From assembly GCA_047602405.1 (NCBI GenBank), contig JASGHJ010000002.1:704001-768000 (forward strand): 64,000 nucleotides of DNA, read 5' to 3'. The stretch is from Anaeromyxobacteraceae bacterium. Its GTDB lineage: Bacteria > Myxococcota > Myxococcia > Myxococcales > Anaeromyxobacteraceae. A program made the position numbers and the translations under genes. Shown one piece after another: positions 35,281 through 46,565 of this stretch. The notes beneath the pieces were generated by a model. That model saw only the letters and a list, made by a program, of their open reading frames with translations, searched no databases and was not told the DNA's origin. The first letter of the stretch is position 1. Each line of letters opens with the position of its first letter.

Positions 35281-38109
35281 ATGACGTCATCGTCGATGCG
35301 CGCGCTCTGCGCGTCGCTCGCGCTCTCGTGCGCGGGCGCCGCGAGCGCGCAGCTGCCGTACACACCCGCCGTGCCGTCGAGCGGCGTCAACGCCGCCTTC
35401 CCGGCTCAGAATCCGCTCGGACCGGTCGGCATCGCCAACGGCTCGGTCAACTACCCGTACCCGGGGCAGTGCCTCGCCGACCCGGCGAACCAGGCGCTGT
35501 TCCCGCTCACGCCCGTCTGCGGCGCGCTCGGCAGCTTCGCGGCGCCCTCGCAGCGCACGGCCGGTGGCTGGGCCGACGCCGGCCGCCTCATCCCGCCGGT
35601 GGTGCTCAACCCCATCCTGCCCACGTCGGTGCCGCCCGCGGGCGTCCCGGCCACGCCGAAGTTCGCGTGGAACGTGCTCAACCCGTTCGACTACACGCCG
35701 GACACCACCACCTACCCCGGCGCGGACTACTACGAGATCGGCGTGCACGAGGCCTGGGGCTTCCAGGCGGTGGCCGCCGCCGGCCTCTTCCCGAACCCCG
35801 GCGGCGCCGGCGTGCCGAACGGCATGCAGTGGACCGGCCTCCTCTGCAACCTCGCCGGCGGCTGCACCTGCCCGGCCGACGCGAGCGCCTCGTTCCGCGC
35901 GACGTACTGCACCGCGGGCGGCCGCATCCCGGCCGGCGCGCCGCTCTTCACGCCGATCTCGGGCGTGGGCCAGGTGAACATGGGCGGCGGCCCCGCCACG
36001 CAGGTCCTCGCCGGGGCCGGCCTCTTCGACCCGCTCGCGCAGCCCGCGAGCGCCTGGTCCGCGAACAACTACGTCGCGACCTGGCCGTCGATCAACATCC
36101 GCGCGACGCGCGGCCGCCCGGTCGTCGTGAAGTGGGTCAACGAGTTCCCGAACAACCACGTGCTCTGCCCGCACCCCGACGCGGCCGACTGGCACTGCGG
36201 CATCGACCGCACCTTCATGGGCGTGAAGGCCCGCGTCGACCCGGGCCTCGCGCACACGGCGTCGGTGCCGCCGGACGGCGTCAACCAGTTCGGCTCGCCG
36301 CAGCAGCCCGACAACTCGTGGGTCACGCACCTCCACGGCGGTGAGATCCCGCCGTCGACCGACGGCTTCGCCGAGAAGTGGTTCGGCAACGCCGTCACCT
36401 CCCAGGCCTACGCGAACCTGTTCGTGAACCCGCCGTTCGAGAACCCGTCCTTCATCACGCTGAAGCGCCCGGCCGGCTCGTCCGACGTCTACACGTACCC
36501 GATGGTCCAGGAGGAGGCGACCATCTGGTTCCACGACCACACCCTCGGCAAGACGCACCACAACGTCATCGCCGGCCCCGCGGGCTTCTTCCCGGTGAAG
36601 GAGCCGGCGAAGCACGGCGGCCTCGGCGCCGGCGCGGGCAAGTGCCCGGCGGGCCTCGCGACCTGCACGACCGAGTACACCTGGCTCGACCCGGTGACCG
36701 AGCCGCGCTCGGACCTCCCCGGCGCGCCGGGCGTGGTGCCGAGGTTCGACATGTTCCTCGCCATCCAGGACCGCTCGTTCAACGACGACGGCTCCATCAA
36801 CTTCGCGAACGGCGGCGGCCAGCTCCAGCCGGTCCCCGCGGTGGCCGTGGGCCAGACGCCGGTCACCCCCGGTGCGAACCCGCAGGTCCACCCGACCTGG
36901 GTGCCGGAGTACTTCGGCGACCACGCGCTCGTGAACGGCGTGCTCTGGCCGAAGGCGCCCGTCGCGCCGGGCTGGTACCGGCTCCGCGTGGTGGACGGCT
37001 CCGACTCGCGCTGCTGGACGATCTCGCTCAACAAGGCGATGCCGGCGCCGGGCGCCCGCCCGGGCAACGCCTCCCGCATCCCGTTCTGGGTCCTCGGAAA
37101 CGACCAGGGCTACCTGAAGTCCCCGGTCCCGACGAACCAGTTCACGATGTGCCCCGGCGAGCGCTACGAGCTCCTCGTGAACTTCGGCGCGATCCCGGGC
37201 GTGCGCGCCGGGACGCCGGTGTCGATCTACATGACCAACATCGCGGCCGCGCCGTACCCGGCGGGCGTGACGCCGTTCGCGGCGGGCAGCCCGTACGCCG
37301 AGATGAACACCATCATGCGGTTCGACGTGAACCCCGCGAACGGCGCCGGCGTGAAGAGCTGCGCGGCGGGCGCCCAGGCGAGCTGGGACCCGACCTGGAC
37401 CCAGGCGCAGATGACCGCGGCGATCGTCGCGGGCCAGGCGTGCATGCCGGCGGATCCCGCGCTGCAGGTCGACCCGAACTTCGTCGACCTGCGGCCGGCG
37501 GTGGCGGGCGCGGTGGTGCGCCAGGTCTACCTGAACGAGCGCGTCGACGGGACCACGCTCGCGCCCTTCGGCATGCAGCTGAACGGCGTGCCCTTCGAGT
37601 ACAAGGTCACCGAGACGCCGCGGAAGGGCACGAAGGAGGTCTGGAAGTTCATCAACCTCACCGTCGACGCCCACCCGCTGCACCCGCACCTCGTGAGCCA
37701 CCAGATCGTGGAGCGGCAGACCTTCTCGGTCGGGCGCTACAAGGCGGCGCTGTGCGGCTCGACGACCTGCCAGCCGGGCCCCGTCCCGGGCGGTGAGATG
37801 CAGGTGATCCCGGACGTCACGCCGTTCCTCACGAACGCGCCGGTGCCGGTCACCGCGGCGAGCTTCGAGGGCGGGCGCAAGGACGCGACGCAGGTGCCCC
37901 CGGGCCAGGTCACGACGATCATCGCCGACTGGTCGCCGCGCTGGAAGGACACGGGCGTCGTGAACGCGCCCGGCCAGGGCCCGGTGGACGGCTCGGACGC
38001 CTCCACGTGGACCTACGAGGACGCCACCTCCGGCCCGTACGTGTGGCACTGCCACATCAACTCGCACGAGGACTCGGAGATGATGCGCACGAGCCTCGTG
38101 GTGAAGTAG
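35281..38109 (+). CDS. Large secreted multicopper oxidase, CotA/bilirubin oxidase-like (about 942 aa)
   Basis: Copper motifs THLHG, WFHDH, HPLHPH, WHCHINSHEDSEMM; signal peptide after ATG 35281. Confidence 0.9.
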   Translation: MTSSSMRALCASLALSCAGAASAQLPYTPAVPSSGVNAAFPAQNPLGPVGIANGSVNYPYPGQCLADPANQALFPLTPVCGALGSFAAPSQRTAGGWADAGRLIPPVVLNPILPTSVPPAGVPATPKFAWNVLNPFDYTPDTTTYPGADYYEIGVHEAWGFQAVAAAGLFPNPGGAGVPNGMQWTGLLCNLAGGCTCPADASASFRATYCTAGGRIPAGAPLFTPISGVGQVNMGGGPATQVLAGAGLFDPLAQPASAWSANNYVATWPSINIRATRGRPVVVKWVNEFPNNHVLCPHPDAADWHCGIDRTFMGVKARVDPGLAHTASVPPDGVNQFGSPQQPDNSWVTHLHGGEIPPSTDGFAEKWFGNAVTSQAYANLFVNPPFENPSFITLKRPAGSSDVYTYPMVQEEATIWFHDHTLGKTHHNVIAGPAGFFPVKEPAKHGGLGAGAGKCPAGLATCTTEYTWLDPVTEPRSDLPGAPGVVPRFDMFLAIQDRSFNDDGSINFANGGGQLQPVPAVAVGQTPVTPGANPQVHPTWVPEYFGDHALVNGVLWPKAPVAPGWYRLRVVDGSDSRCWTISLNKAMPAPGARPGNASRIPFWVLGNDQGYLKSPVPTNQFTMCPGERYELLVNFGAIPGVRAGTPVSIYMTNIAAAPYPAGVTPFAAGSPYAEMNTIMRFDVNPANGAGVKSCAAGAQASWDPTWTQAQMTAAIVAGQACMPADPALQVDPNFVDLRPAVAGAVVRQVYLNERVDGTTLAPFGMQLNGVPFEYKVTETPRKGTKEVWKFINLTVDAHPLHPHLVSHQIVERQTFSVGRYKAALCGSTTCQPGPVPGGEMQVIPDVTPFLTNAPVPVTAASFEGGRKDATQVPPGQVTTIIADWSPRWKDTGVVNAPGQGPVDGSDASTWTYEDATSGPYVWHCHINSHEDSEMMRTSLVVK

Positions 38110-38131
38110 CCCGCGGCAGGGCAAGGAAGTG

Positions 38132-38167
38132 ACCGGGGCGGGGCCGAGAGGCCCCGCCCCGGTTCTT
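38132..38167 (+). terminator. Intrinsic terminator hairpin
   Basis: Perfect 14-bp stem ACCGGGGCGGGGCC-GAGA-GGCCCCGCCCCGGT followed by TCTT, downstream of the oxidase stop. Confidence 0.75.
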
Positions 38168-38260
38168 CAGGGGCGCTCGTCCCTCGACTCCGGGCCCGCT
38201 GAAGCGGGCCCTACGCTCGGGATGAATGGATCGCCCCCGCCCTGGCAAGCGGGGTTCCTT

Positions 38261-38914
38261 TCACGGCGTCAGCGTGTAGGGCACCCGGAACCGCTTCCCG
38301 GGCCTCGCCTGCGGCGCCTCCGCGGTCATCCCGCGGAGCACCCGCTGGGTGCAGGAGAAGAGCCCGTCCGCCGCGCCGGCCCGCACGTCCACGGTGGCGT
38401 CCACGATCCGCACGACGCCGGCGCCGGTCTCGAGCTGCAGCATCACGGTGGGGCTCGCGCCGCCCTCCTCGCCGGTCGCGTCACCCGCGACCGACGGCAC
38501 CGCCGCGCCGTGCCGGCTCTGCACGTCGAGGTCGAAGCAGGCCGCGAGGGCGTCGCGGCGCTCCGCGAGGGCGCGCCCGACGGCGCCGCCGAGCGGGCCG
38601 AGGGCGGAGAGCCTGCCGACCGGCGTGACCGCCTCCCAGGAGCCCGGGGCCGGAGGCGGCGGCGCGACGTCCATGATGACCGGCGGCGGCGGGGGCTCGG
38701 TCCGCTGGGATGGGAAGACCGCGGGCCCGGTGGGCGCGAGGACGATGGGCGGAAGCACGTCCGCGCCCGGCGTCACGGGACCCGGGGGCTGGCCCGGCGC
38801 AGGCCCGACGGGCCGGGTCGCCCAGAGCACCACGCCAATCCCCGCGACGAGGAGGGCCCCGATGCCCGCGAGGGCGAGGAGCGGGCCGCGCCCGCCGCCG
38901 CTCGGGGCGCTCAC
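38261..38914 (-). CDS. Membrane-anchored protein with Pro-rich linker and AgmX/PglI-C (TonB-C-like) domain
   Basis: N-terminal TM, Pro-rich linker, LAACF...FSCTQRVL...FRVPYTL; GTGA overlap with the upstream gene. Confidence 0.55.
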   Translation of the reverse strand: MSAPSGGGRGPLLALAGIGALLVAGIGVVLWATRPVGPAPGQPPGPVTPGADVLPPIVLAPTGPAVFPSQRTEPPPPPVIMDVAPPPPAPGSWEAVTPVGRLSALGPLGGAVGRALAERRDALAACFDLDVQSRHGAAVPSVAGDATGEEGGASPTVMLQLETGAGVVRIVDATVDVRAGAADGLFSCTQRVLRGMTAEAPQARPGKRFRVPYTLTP

Positions 38915-39483
38915 GGCGCGGGCTCCTTCTCGCGCGCGGCCCCGGCGATGGCCTTCTCGGCCGCCCCGACCTCCTCCTCGAGCTCGCGGTTCGCCGCGCT
39001 CGCCTTCGCGAGCACGCGGTCGGCCCGCCCCAGGCACTCCTCCAGCGAGGCGCGGGCGGCGCCGACGTCGTAGGTCCGGCGCGGCCCGGGCGCGTCCTGG
39101 AGCGCGCTGTCGTAGAGGAGGTGGTCCTGCCGGCACGCGCGGGTGGGGTCCACGGGCCACTGCGCGCGCATGAGCGCCGCGTTCGCGGTCCAGGCCTCCT
39201 CGAGCTCGTGGCGGAGGTGGCGGGCCTCGGCGGCCGGCAGGCGCCCGGCCCGCGCGAGCCGCTCGAGCTCCGCGAGCGCGACCTTCGCCCGGAGCTGCAG
39301 CTGCGTGGCCGAGGTGCGCACCGTGATGATCCGGTTGTCGGTGTCGTACGCGCGGCGCCAGACCGCCTGCTCCTGCGGCGAGGCCGCCGGGGGCGGCTCC
39401 TCGAGGTCGCGGGGCGCGGAGGGGCCCGCCTGGGCGAGCGCGAGGGCCATCAGCGAGGACGTGAGCAGCGCGGGCGTCATCAT
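38911..39483 (-). CDS. Hypothetical secreted helical protein
   Basis: Signal peptide, coiled-coil-like body, two Cys. Confidence 0.6.
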   Translation of the reverse strand: MMTPALLTSSLMALALAQAGPSAPRDLEEPPPAASPQEQAVWRRAYDTDNRIITVRTSATQLQLRAKVALAELERLARAGRLPAAEARHLRHELEEAWTANAALMRAQWPVDPTRACRQDHLLYDSALQDAPGPRRTYDVGAARASLEECLGRADRVLAKASAANRELEEEVGAAEKAIAGAAREKEPAP

Positions 39484-39542
39484 CGTCGCGCATCATACCC
39501 GCAGCCCCCGCCAGCCGTGGGAGAATGCCCCGGGGGTTCACG

Positions 39543-40091
39543 ATGAGACTCATGCTCGCTCTCCTTCTCGGCGCCGTCCTCGCCGCGCCCGCCGCAGGCC
39601 AGGAGGAGGGCCCGGCCTCCCCCGTGCACGACCTCGGCTGGCGGGGCTCGCGCTGGGGGATGAAGGTCGAGGACGTGGTGGCCGCGTTCCCGGGCGAGGC
39701 CGTGCGGCTCGACCCGGCGCTCCGGCTCGCGGACGGCAACGAGGTCGCGGTGGAGCTCCCGGGGCACCGGCTCGCGGGGGAGCCCCTGCGCGCGCGCTTC
39801 GTGTTCACGCACGGGCGGCTCGTCCTCGTGAGCCTCCGCACGCCGGAGGATCACCACGCCGCCCCCGCGGCCTACGCCGCGGTGCGCGCCGCCCTCGCGT
39901 CCACCTTCGGCTTCCGGGGGGCGGAGTCGAGGGACGACAGCCTCGTCGACCTCCGGCAGACGCGCTGGGTCCTCGGCCAGACCGCGGTCGACCTGCGCTA
40001 CATCCCCGGGGTGGTGTCGGTCGTCTGGTTCCCGTGGCCGCCCCCGGCGGAGATCCAGGCGCAGCCCGAGGCAGGCGAGGCGGCCCGGTAG
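39543..40091 (+). CDS. Hypothetical secreted protein
   Basis: Signal peptide; GWRGSRWGMKVEDVVAAFP. Confidence 0.6.
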   Translation: MRLMLALLLGAVLAAPAAGQEEGPASPVHDLGWRGSRWGMKVEDVVAAFPGEAVRLDPALRLADGNEVAVELPGHRLAGEPLRARFVFTHGRLVLVSLRTPEDHHAAPAAYAAVRAALASTFGFRGAESRDDSLVDLRQTRWVLGQTAVDLRYIPGVVSVVWFPWPPPAEIQAQPEAGEAAR

Positions 40092-40137
40092 ATCCTTCCG
40101 GCGGCCCGTGCGTTCACGGCTTCGAAAGGAGCCGAAC

Positions 40138-40980
40138 ATGCTCGCCGCCCGCCTCGCCGTCCTCGCCGCCGCCCTCTCCGCCTGCGCCACCCCCACCGAG
40201 GCGGCCGCCGCCGATCGCCAGGGGCCCTGGTCGGTCCGCCTCGTCGACGAGGCCGGGCGCACCCTGCCCACGTTCCAGCAGGGGGGCCGCACCTACGTCC
40301 TCGGCACCCTCGGCCGCCGCTACGCGGTGGAGGTCAGGAACGGCTCGCCCCGCCGCGTCGAGGTGGTCGTCTCGGTCGACGGGCGGGACGTCGTGGACGG
40401 CCGTCCGGCGACCCCGGAGCGGCGGGGCTACCTCGTCGAGCCGTGGGGCGAGCTGACCGTCGACGGCTTCCGGGTCTCCGACGCCGAGGTCGCGGCGTTC
40501 CGGTTCTCGAGCGTGCCGCGCTCGTATGCGTCGCGGATGGGGGACGCGCGCGACGTGGGCGTGATCGGCGTCGCGGTCTTCCCGGAGGCCGCGCCCCGGC
40601 CGCCGCCGCCGCCGGTCTACCAGCCGTGGGGCGCCGAGGACGACGGGCGGGTCGGCGCCGGCGCCGCCTCGAAGGCCGCGCCCGAGCCGTCCGCGCCCCG
40701 CTCGGCCGACGCCGGCCCGGCCGAGGCCCGCCGGCGCGACGCCGAGCGCCCCGGCCTCGGCACCGAGTTCGGCGAGCGCCGCGACTCCGAGGTCACGCAC
40801 GTCGCCTTCGAGCGGGCCTCCTCCCGGCCCGCGGCGCTCCTGACGCTCCGCTACGACGACCGCGCCGGCCTCGCCGCGCTCGGCATCGACGTCGACGGCC
40901 GCCGCCCCGACGACGCCTGGCTGCGCGCCACCGCCCGCCCGTTCCGCGGCTACTCGGAGCCGCCCCCCGGCTGGCGGTAG
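40138..40980 (+). CDS. Conserved hypothetical lipoprotein
   Basis: AAGGAG RBS, lipobox LSAC, VSVDGRDVVDG, VGVIGVAVF, LGTEFGE. Confidence 0.7.
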   Translation: MLAARLAVLAAALSACATPTEAAAADRQGPWSVRLVDEAGRTLPTFQQGGRTYVLGTLGRRYAVEVRNGSPRRVEVVVSVDGRDVVDGRPATPERRGYLVEPWGELTVDGFRVSDAEVAAFRFSSVPRSYASRMGDARDVGVIGVAVFPEAAPRPPPPPVYQPWGAEDDGRVGAGAASKAAPEPSAPRSADAGPAEARRRDAERPGLGTEFGERRDSEVTHVAFERASSRPAALLTLRYDDRAGLAALGIDVDGRRPDDAWLRATARPFRGYSEPPPGWR

Positions 40981-40981
40981 G

Positions 40982-41845
40982 ATGGGGTCGATGTCGCGTC
41001 CGCTCCGGATCGCCGTCGTCGGCCACGTCGAGCACGTCACGCTGGGTCGCGTCCCCGCCGTGCCCGGGAAGGGCGACATCGCCCACCTCGGGCAGCCGAG
41101 GTTCCTCCCCGCCGGCGGGGGCGGCCTGGCCTTCGCGCAGCTCGTCCGGAGCCCGGCGGAGGTCCACCTCTTCACCGCGGTGGGCGCCGACGAGGCGGGC
41201 CGCGAGGTCGAGGCGGCGCTCGCCGCCACCGGCGCCCGGATCCACGCCGCCCGCCGCGCCGGGCCCCACACCCGGGACCTCGTGCTGGTGACGCCGGACG
41301 GGGAGCGGACCATCGTGGTCGTGGGCGAGCCGCTCCACCCGCGCCGCGACGACCCGCTCCCCTGGGACCTCCTCGCCACCTGCGACGCCGCCTACTTCAC
41401 CGCCGAGGACCCGGCGGCGCTCGCCGCCGCGCGCGCCGCGCGGGTGCTCGTCGCGACCGCCCGCCGCCGCGAGGCGCTCGCCCGCGCGGGCGTCCGCGTG
41501 GACGTGGCCGTCGGCAGCCGCGCGGATCCCCGCGAGGCCGGCGCGCGCGAGGCCTTCGGTGGCCCGCCCGAGGCGGTCGTGATGACCGAGGGCGCGCGCG
41601 GCGGGACGATCGAGACCGCGGCGGGCACGGCGCGCTTCGCCGCCCCGCCGTCGCCGCCGCCCGGCGGGACCGCCTACGGCGCGGGCGACAGCTTCGCGGG
41701 CGCGCTCACGTTCTTCCTCGCCGCCGGCCTGCCGCTCCCCGAGGCGTGCGCCCGCGCCGGCGTGCACGGCGCCGCGGTGCTGGCCGGCGAGGACCCCATC
41801 TCCGCCCAGCAGCCCCTGACGCTACCCTCGACCCGCTCGCCCTGA
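40982..41845 (+). CDS. PfkB-family carbohydrate kinase
   Basis: VVGHVE, GGGG, DGERTI, TEGARG, GAGDSFAG. Confidence 0.85.
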   Translation: MGSMSRPLRIAVVGHVEHVTLGRVPAVPGKGDIAHLGQPRFLPAGGGGLAFAQLVRSPAEVHLFTAVGADEAGREVEAALAATGARIHAARRAGPHTRDLVLVTPDGERTIVVVGEPLHPRRDDPLPWDLLATCDAAYFTAEDPAALAAARAARVLVATARRREALARAGVRVDVAVGSRADPREAGAREAFGGPPEAVVMTEGARGGTIETAAGTARFAAPPSPPPGGTAYGAGDSFAGALTFFLAAGLPLPEACARAGVHGAAVLAGEDPISAQQPLTLPSTRSP

Positions 41846-41864
41846 GCCTGTCGAAGGGCGGGTC
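41830..41864. repeat. REP-like palindrome between convergent genes
   Basis: GACCCGC-TCGCCCTGAGCCTGTCGAAGG-GCGGGTC; the core CCCTGAGCCTGTCGAAGGG resembles widespread extragenic palindromic repeats; only one copy in the window. Confidence 0.45.
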
Positions 41865-43477
41865 ACGCCGAGAGGATCTCCTCCAGCTGCACGAGGTCCG
41901 GCGGCTTCGCGACGTGGCGGTCGAAGCCCGCCTCGGCCGCGCGGCGGCGGTCCTCGGGCCGCGCGTAGCCGCTCACCGCGACGAGGCGCGCGTGCGCGAG
42001 CCGCGGGTCGGCCCGGAGCGCGCGGGCGACCTCGTACCCGTCCATGCCGGGCAGCCCGATGTCGCAGAGCACGACGTCGGGCGGCCGCGCGCGGGCCCGC
42101 TCGAGCGCGCTCGGCCCGTCGAAGGCGACCTCGGGGTCGTGGCCGAACAGCTCCACCACCTCGGCGAGGCTCTCGGCGGCGTCCCGGTTGTCGTCCACCA
42201 CGAGCACGGCGAGGCCCGGCCGCGCGCGGTCCTCGGGGCGCTCGCGCGCGACGTCGGGCGCAGGCGCAGGTCCCTGGGCGGGCTGCGCAGGGGCAGGCTG
42301 TGCCGGGGTGAGCCGGGCCTGGGCGGGTTGCGCCGGGGCCGGATGAAGCGGGAGGCGGAGCGTGAACTCGGCGCCGCGCCCCGGCCCGTCGCTCGCCGCG
42401 GTGAGCGTGCCCCCGTGCAGCGCGGCGAGGCCGCGCGCGAGCGCGAGGCCGAGGCCGAGGCCGCCGCCGGTGCGCGCGAGCGTGCGGTCGCCCTGCGCGA
42501 AGGGCTGGAAGAGGCTGGGCGCCGAGCTCGGGCGAGAACCCCGCGCCGGTGTCGCGCAGGCGCAGCTCGGCGCGGCCGCCCAGGTCCTCGAGCGCGAGGG
42601 TCACCTCGCCGCCCGACGGCGTGAAGCGCGCCGCGTTCTGCAGGAGGTTCCCGAGGAGCTGGCCGAGGCGGACCGGGTCGCCGTTCACCGGGATGGCGGT
42701 GCGCGGCAGGTGGACGAGCAGCCGGAGGCCCGCGTGCTCGAGGAGCTCCCGGTGATCCTCGGCGGCCCGCCGCGCGACGTCCACGAGATCGAGCGGCTCC
42801 TCGCGCAGCTCGATCTTGCCGCGGGCGATGCGCGTCACGTCGAGGAGGTCGTCGACGAGGCGGGCGAGGTGCGCCACCTGCCGGCCCACGACCTCGCGCG
42901 AACGGCGGGAGGCCTCGCTCCCCGGGGTCGCGTGGTCGAGCACGAAGAGCGCGCTGCGGATGGGCGCGAGCGGGTTGCGCAGCTCGTGCGACAGCACCGC
43001 GAGGAAGTCGTCCTTGCGGCGGTCGGCCTCGCGGAGCGCCTGCTCCGCGCGCACGAGCTCGGTGAGATCCGCCACGAGCACGAGGGCCCCCGCGACGGTG
43101 CCGTCGGGGCCGTGGAGCGGCGTCGCGCTCGTGCGCAGCCGCCGCGTCTCGCCGGAGGGGAGGGTGATGGTGCGCTCGGTCGGCTCGACCACGCGGCCCT
43201 CGAGGGCGTCGAACGCGATCGGCCGGGACGTGGCGCCGTCCTTGCCGCGGGGGTTGAAGCGCCCGTGGAAGGCGTCCACCGGGATGAGGAGCTCCTCGAG
43301 ACGCACGCCGAGCGCGCGCGCGGCCGCCACGTTCGCGAGCACCACCCGGCCGCGCCGGTCCGCGACGAGCGCGCCCTCGACCAGCGCGGCGACGAGGGGC
43401 GCGTGCTCGAGGAGCGCCGCGTCCGCGTCGTCCGCCGCGACGTGAGTCCTCGTCCCGGCTGAAGGCGCGGCCCGCAC
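41863..43477 (-). CDS. Hybrid sensor histidine kinase (PAS, HisKA, HATPase, REC); +1 frameshift near 42523
   Basis: [20 protein letters not shown]. Corrected frame gives LFQPFAQ...GGGLGLGL, running into LVVDDN...[10 protein letters not shown]...KP. Start uncertain. Confidence 0.85.
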
Positions 43478-43526
43478 GGCCTCCCTAGGGTGGGCACGCA
43501 GGGGCCGGGGCGCCGCCGCCGGTCCC

Positions 43527-44333
43527 TCAGCGGGGGGGCGGGCGCCGTGCGCCGGTGGCGGCGACGAGCCAGCCGACCGCGCCGGGGAAGAGCCGCGCGG
43601 CCTGGAGCGCGACGGCGAGGCGCCAGGGCACGACGGCCCGCCGCGCACCCCGCTCCACCGCGGCGAGGAGGCCGGCCGCGGCCTGCTCGGGGGTGAGCCG
43701 GCCGAGCCAGGGGGCGATGCCGGGCAGGCGCTCCTCGGCGCCCGGGTTGTGCGCCCAGTAGCCGGAGCGCACCTCGCCCGGGCAGTAGAGGAGCGTGCGG
43801 ACGCCCGTGCCCCGGAGCTCGGCGCCGAGCGCCTCGTCGAGCCCGCGCACCGCCCAGCGCGCGGCCGCGTACGCCGCCGCGCCCGGCCACGGCGCGAACG
43901 CGGCCGGCGAGGTGACGTTGACGATCGTCCCGGCGCGGCGCGCGAGCATGCCGGGGAGCAGCGCGCGGGTGACGTGGAAGGCCGCGAGGTACGGCGCGCC
44001 GAGCGCCTCCCGCGCGCCGCCCGGCGGCGTCTCCTCGAGGAACCACCAGCGGCCGGCCCCGGCGTTGTTGACGAGCACGTCCGGCGGGCCCGCGGCGGCC
44101 TCGGCCTCCCGGGCGGCCCGGGCCGCGGCCTCCTCGTCGCCGAGGTCGGCGACCACCGGGTGGGCCGCGGCGCCCGCGGTCCGCACGCGGCGTGCGACGT
44201 CCTCGAGGAGCCCCGCGCTCCGGGCGATGAGCACGACCGCCCGCGCGCCGCGCCGCGCCGCGGCGAGCGCGGTCGCCTCGCCGATCCCGCTCGACGCTCC
44301 GGTGACGACCACCACCCGACCTTGCAGGCGCAT
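43527..44333 (-). CDS. SDR-family oxidoreductase
   Basis: TGASSGIG, NNAG, YAAAR (YxxxK variant). Confidence 0.85.
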   Translation of the reverse strand: MRLQGRVVVVTGASSGIGEATALAAARRGARAVVLIARSAGLLEDVARRVRTAGAAAHPVVADLGDEEAAARAAREAEAAAGPPDVLVNNAGAGRWWFLEETPPGGAREALGAPYLAAFHVTRALLPGMLARRAGTIVNVTSPAAFAPWPGAAAYAAARWAVRGLDEALGAELRGTGVRTLLYCPGEVRSGYWAHNPGAEERLPGIAPWLGRLTPEQAAAGLLAAVERGARRAVVPWRLAVALQAARLFPGAVGWLVAATGARRPPPR

Positions 44334-44509
44334 GCCTCTTCTCTGGCCCGCGCGCCCACCGGGCGCAAGCTGCAGGTCGGGGCGCGTCGCACATCCGCGC
44401 AGGACGTCGCCGGTGGGCGGCGACCGGCCGGCGCCCGGAGTTCTCCGCGCGGGCGGCGGGCGCTACACTCGCGGAACCGGCCGCTCCCCTGGCCGACCGG
44501 AGGAACACC

Positions 44510-45014
44510 ATGAAGAAGCTCGCCACCGCGCTCGCCGCCGCCGTCCTCCTCGCCGCCCCGTCCGCCGTGCACGCCGGCGTGGTCTACGAGCTGTCGGCCG
44601 GCTCCGGCGCCCGGATCGACCCGAGCCCCAAGGAGCGGATCCCGACGAACGTGATGCTGGCGTCCGGCTTCAGCTTCGCCGGGATGCTGAAGCTCGAGCT
44701 CGGCCTCGTCGGCAACCTCTCCGACGTGAAGGACTCGAAGTTCGACCTCGCGCTCCGCCCGATGGTCGTCGTCTCCCCGCCGCTCTTCCCCGCTCTACGT
44801 CCGCGGCATCTTCGCGGTGAACGGGCTCGTCGAGGGCCCGACCCGCATCGCCTACGGCGGCGCGCTCGGCCTCTCGTTCGGCCTGTTCGGCATCGGCGTC
44901 TTCCTCGAGGCGGGCTACCTCCCGCAGGACATGGACCTCGTCGACGCGACCGGCAAGAAGGTGAAGACCCGCGTGAAGCTCGTCGAGGGCCGCCTCGGCG
45001 CCTACTGGGACTGA
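44510..45014 (+). CDS. Small outer-membrane beta-barrel-like protein; +1 frameshift in CCCC 44788-44791
   Basis: GGAGG RBS, signal peptide; corrected frame PLFPLYVRGIFAVNG...VFLEAGY...EGRLGAYWD*. Confidence 0.65.
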
Positions 45015-45122
45015 GCCGCGCGGCGGATCCCGAACGGGCCATCGACGCCCGCGGGGTTCCATGAACAGGCTGGGCCTCCTCGCTCCCGGGTCACCCCGGC
45101 GGCACCCCCGAGGAGGCCCGGC

Positions 45123-46561
<1,439 letters not shown>

Positions 46562-46565
<4 letters not shown>

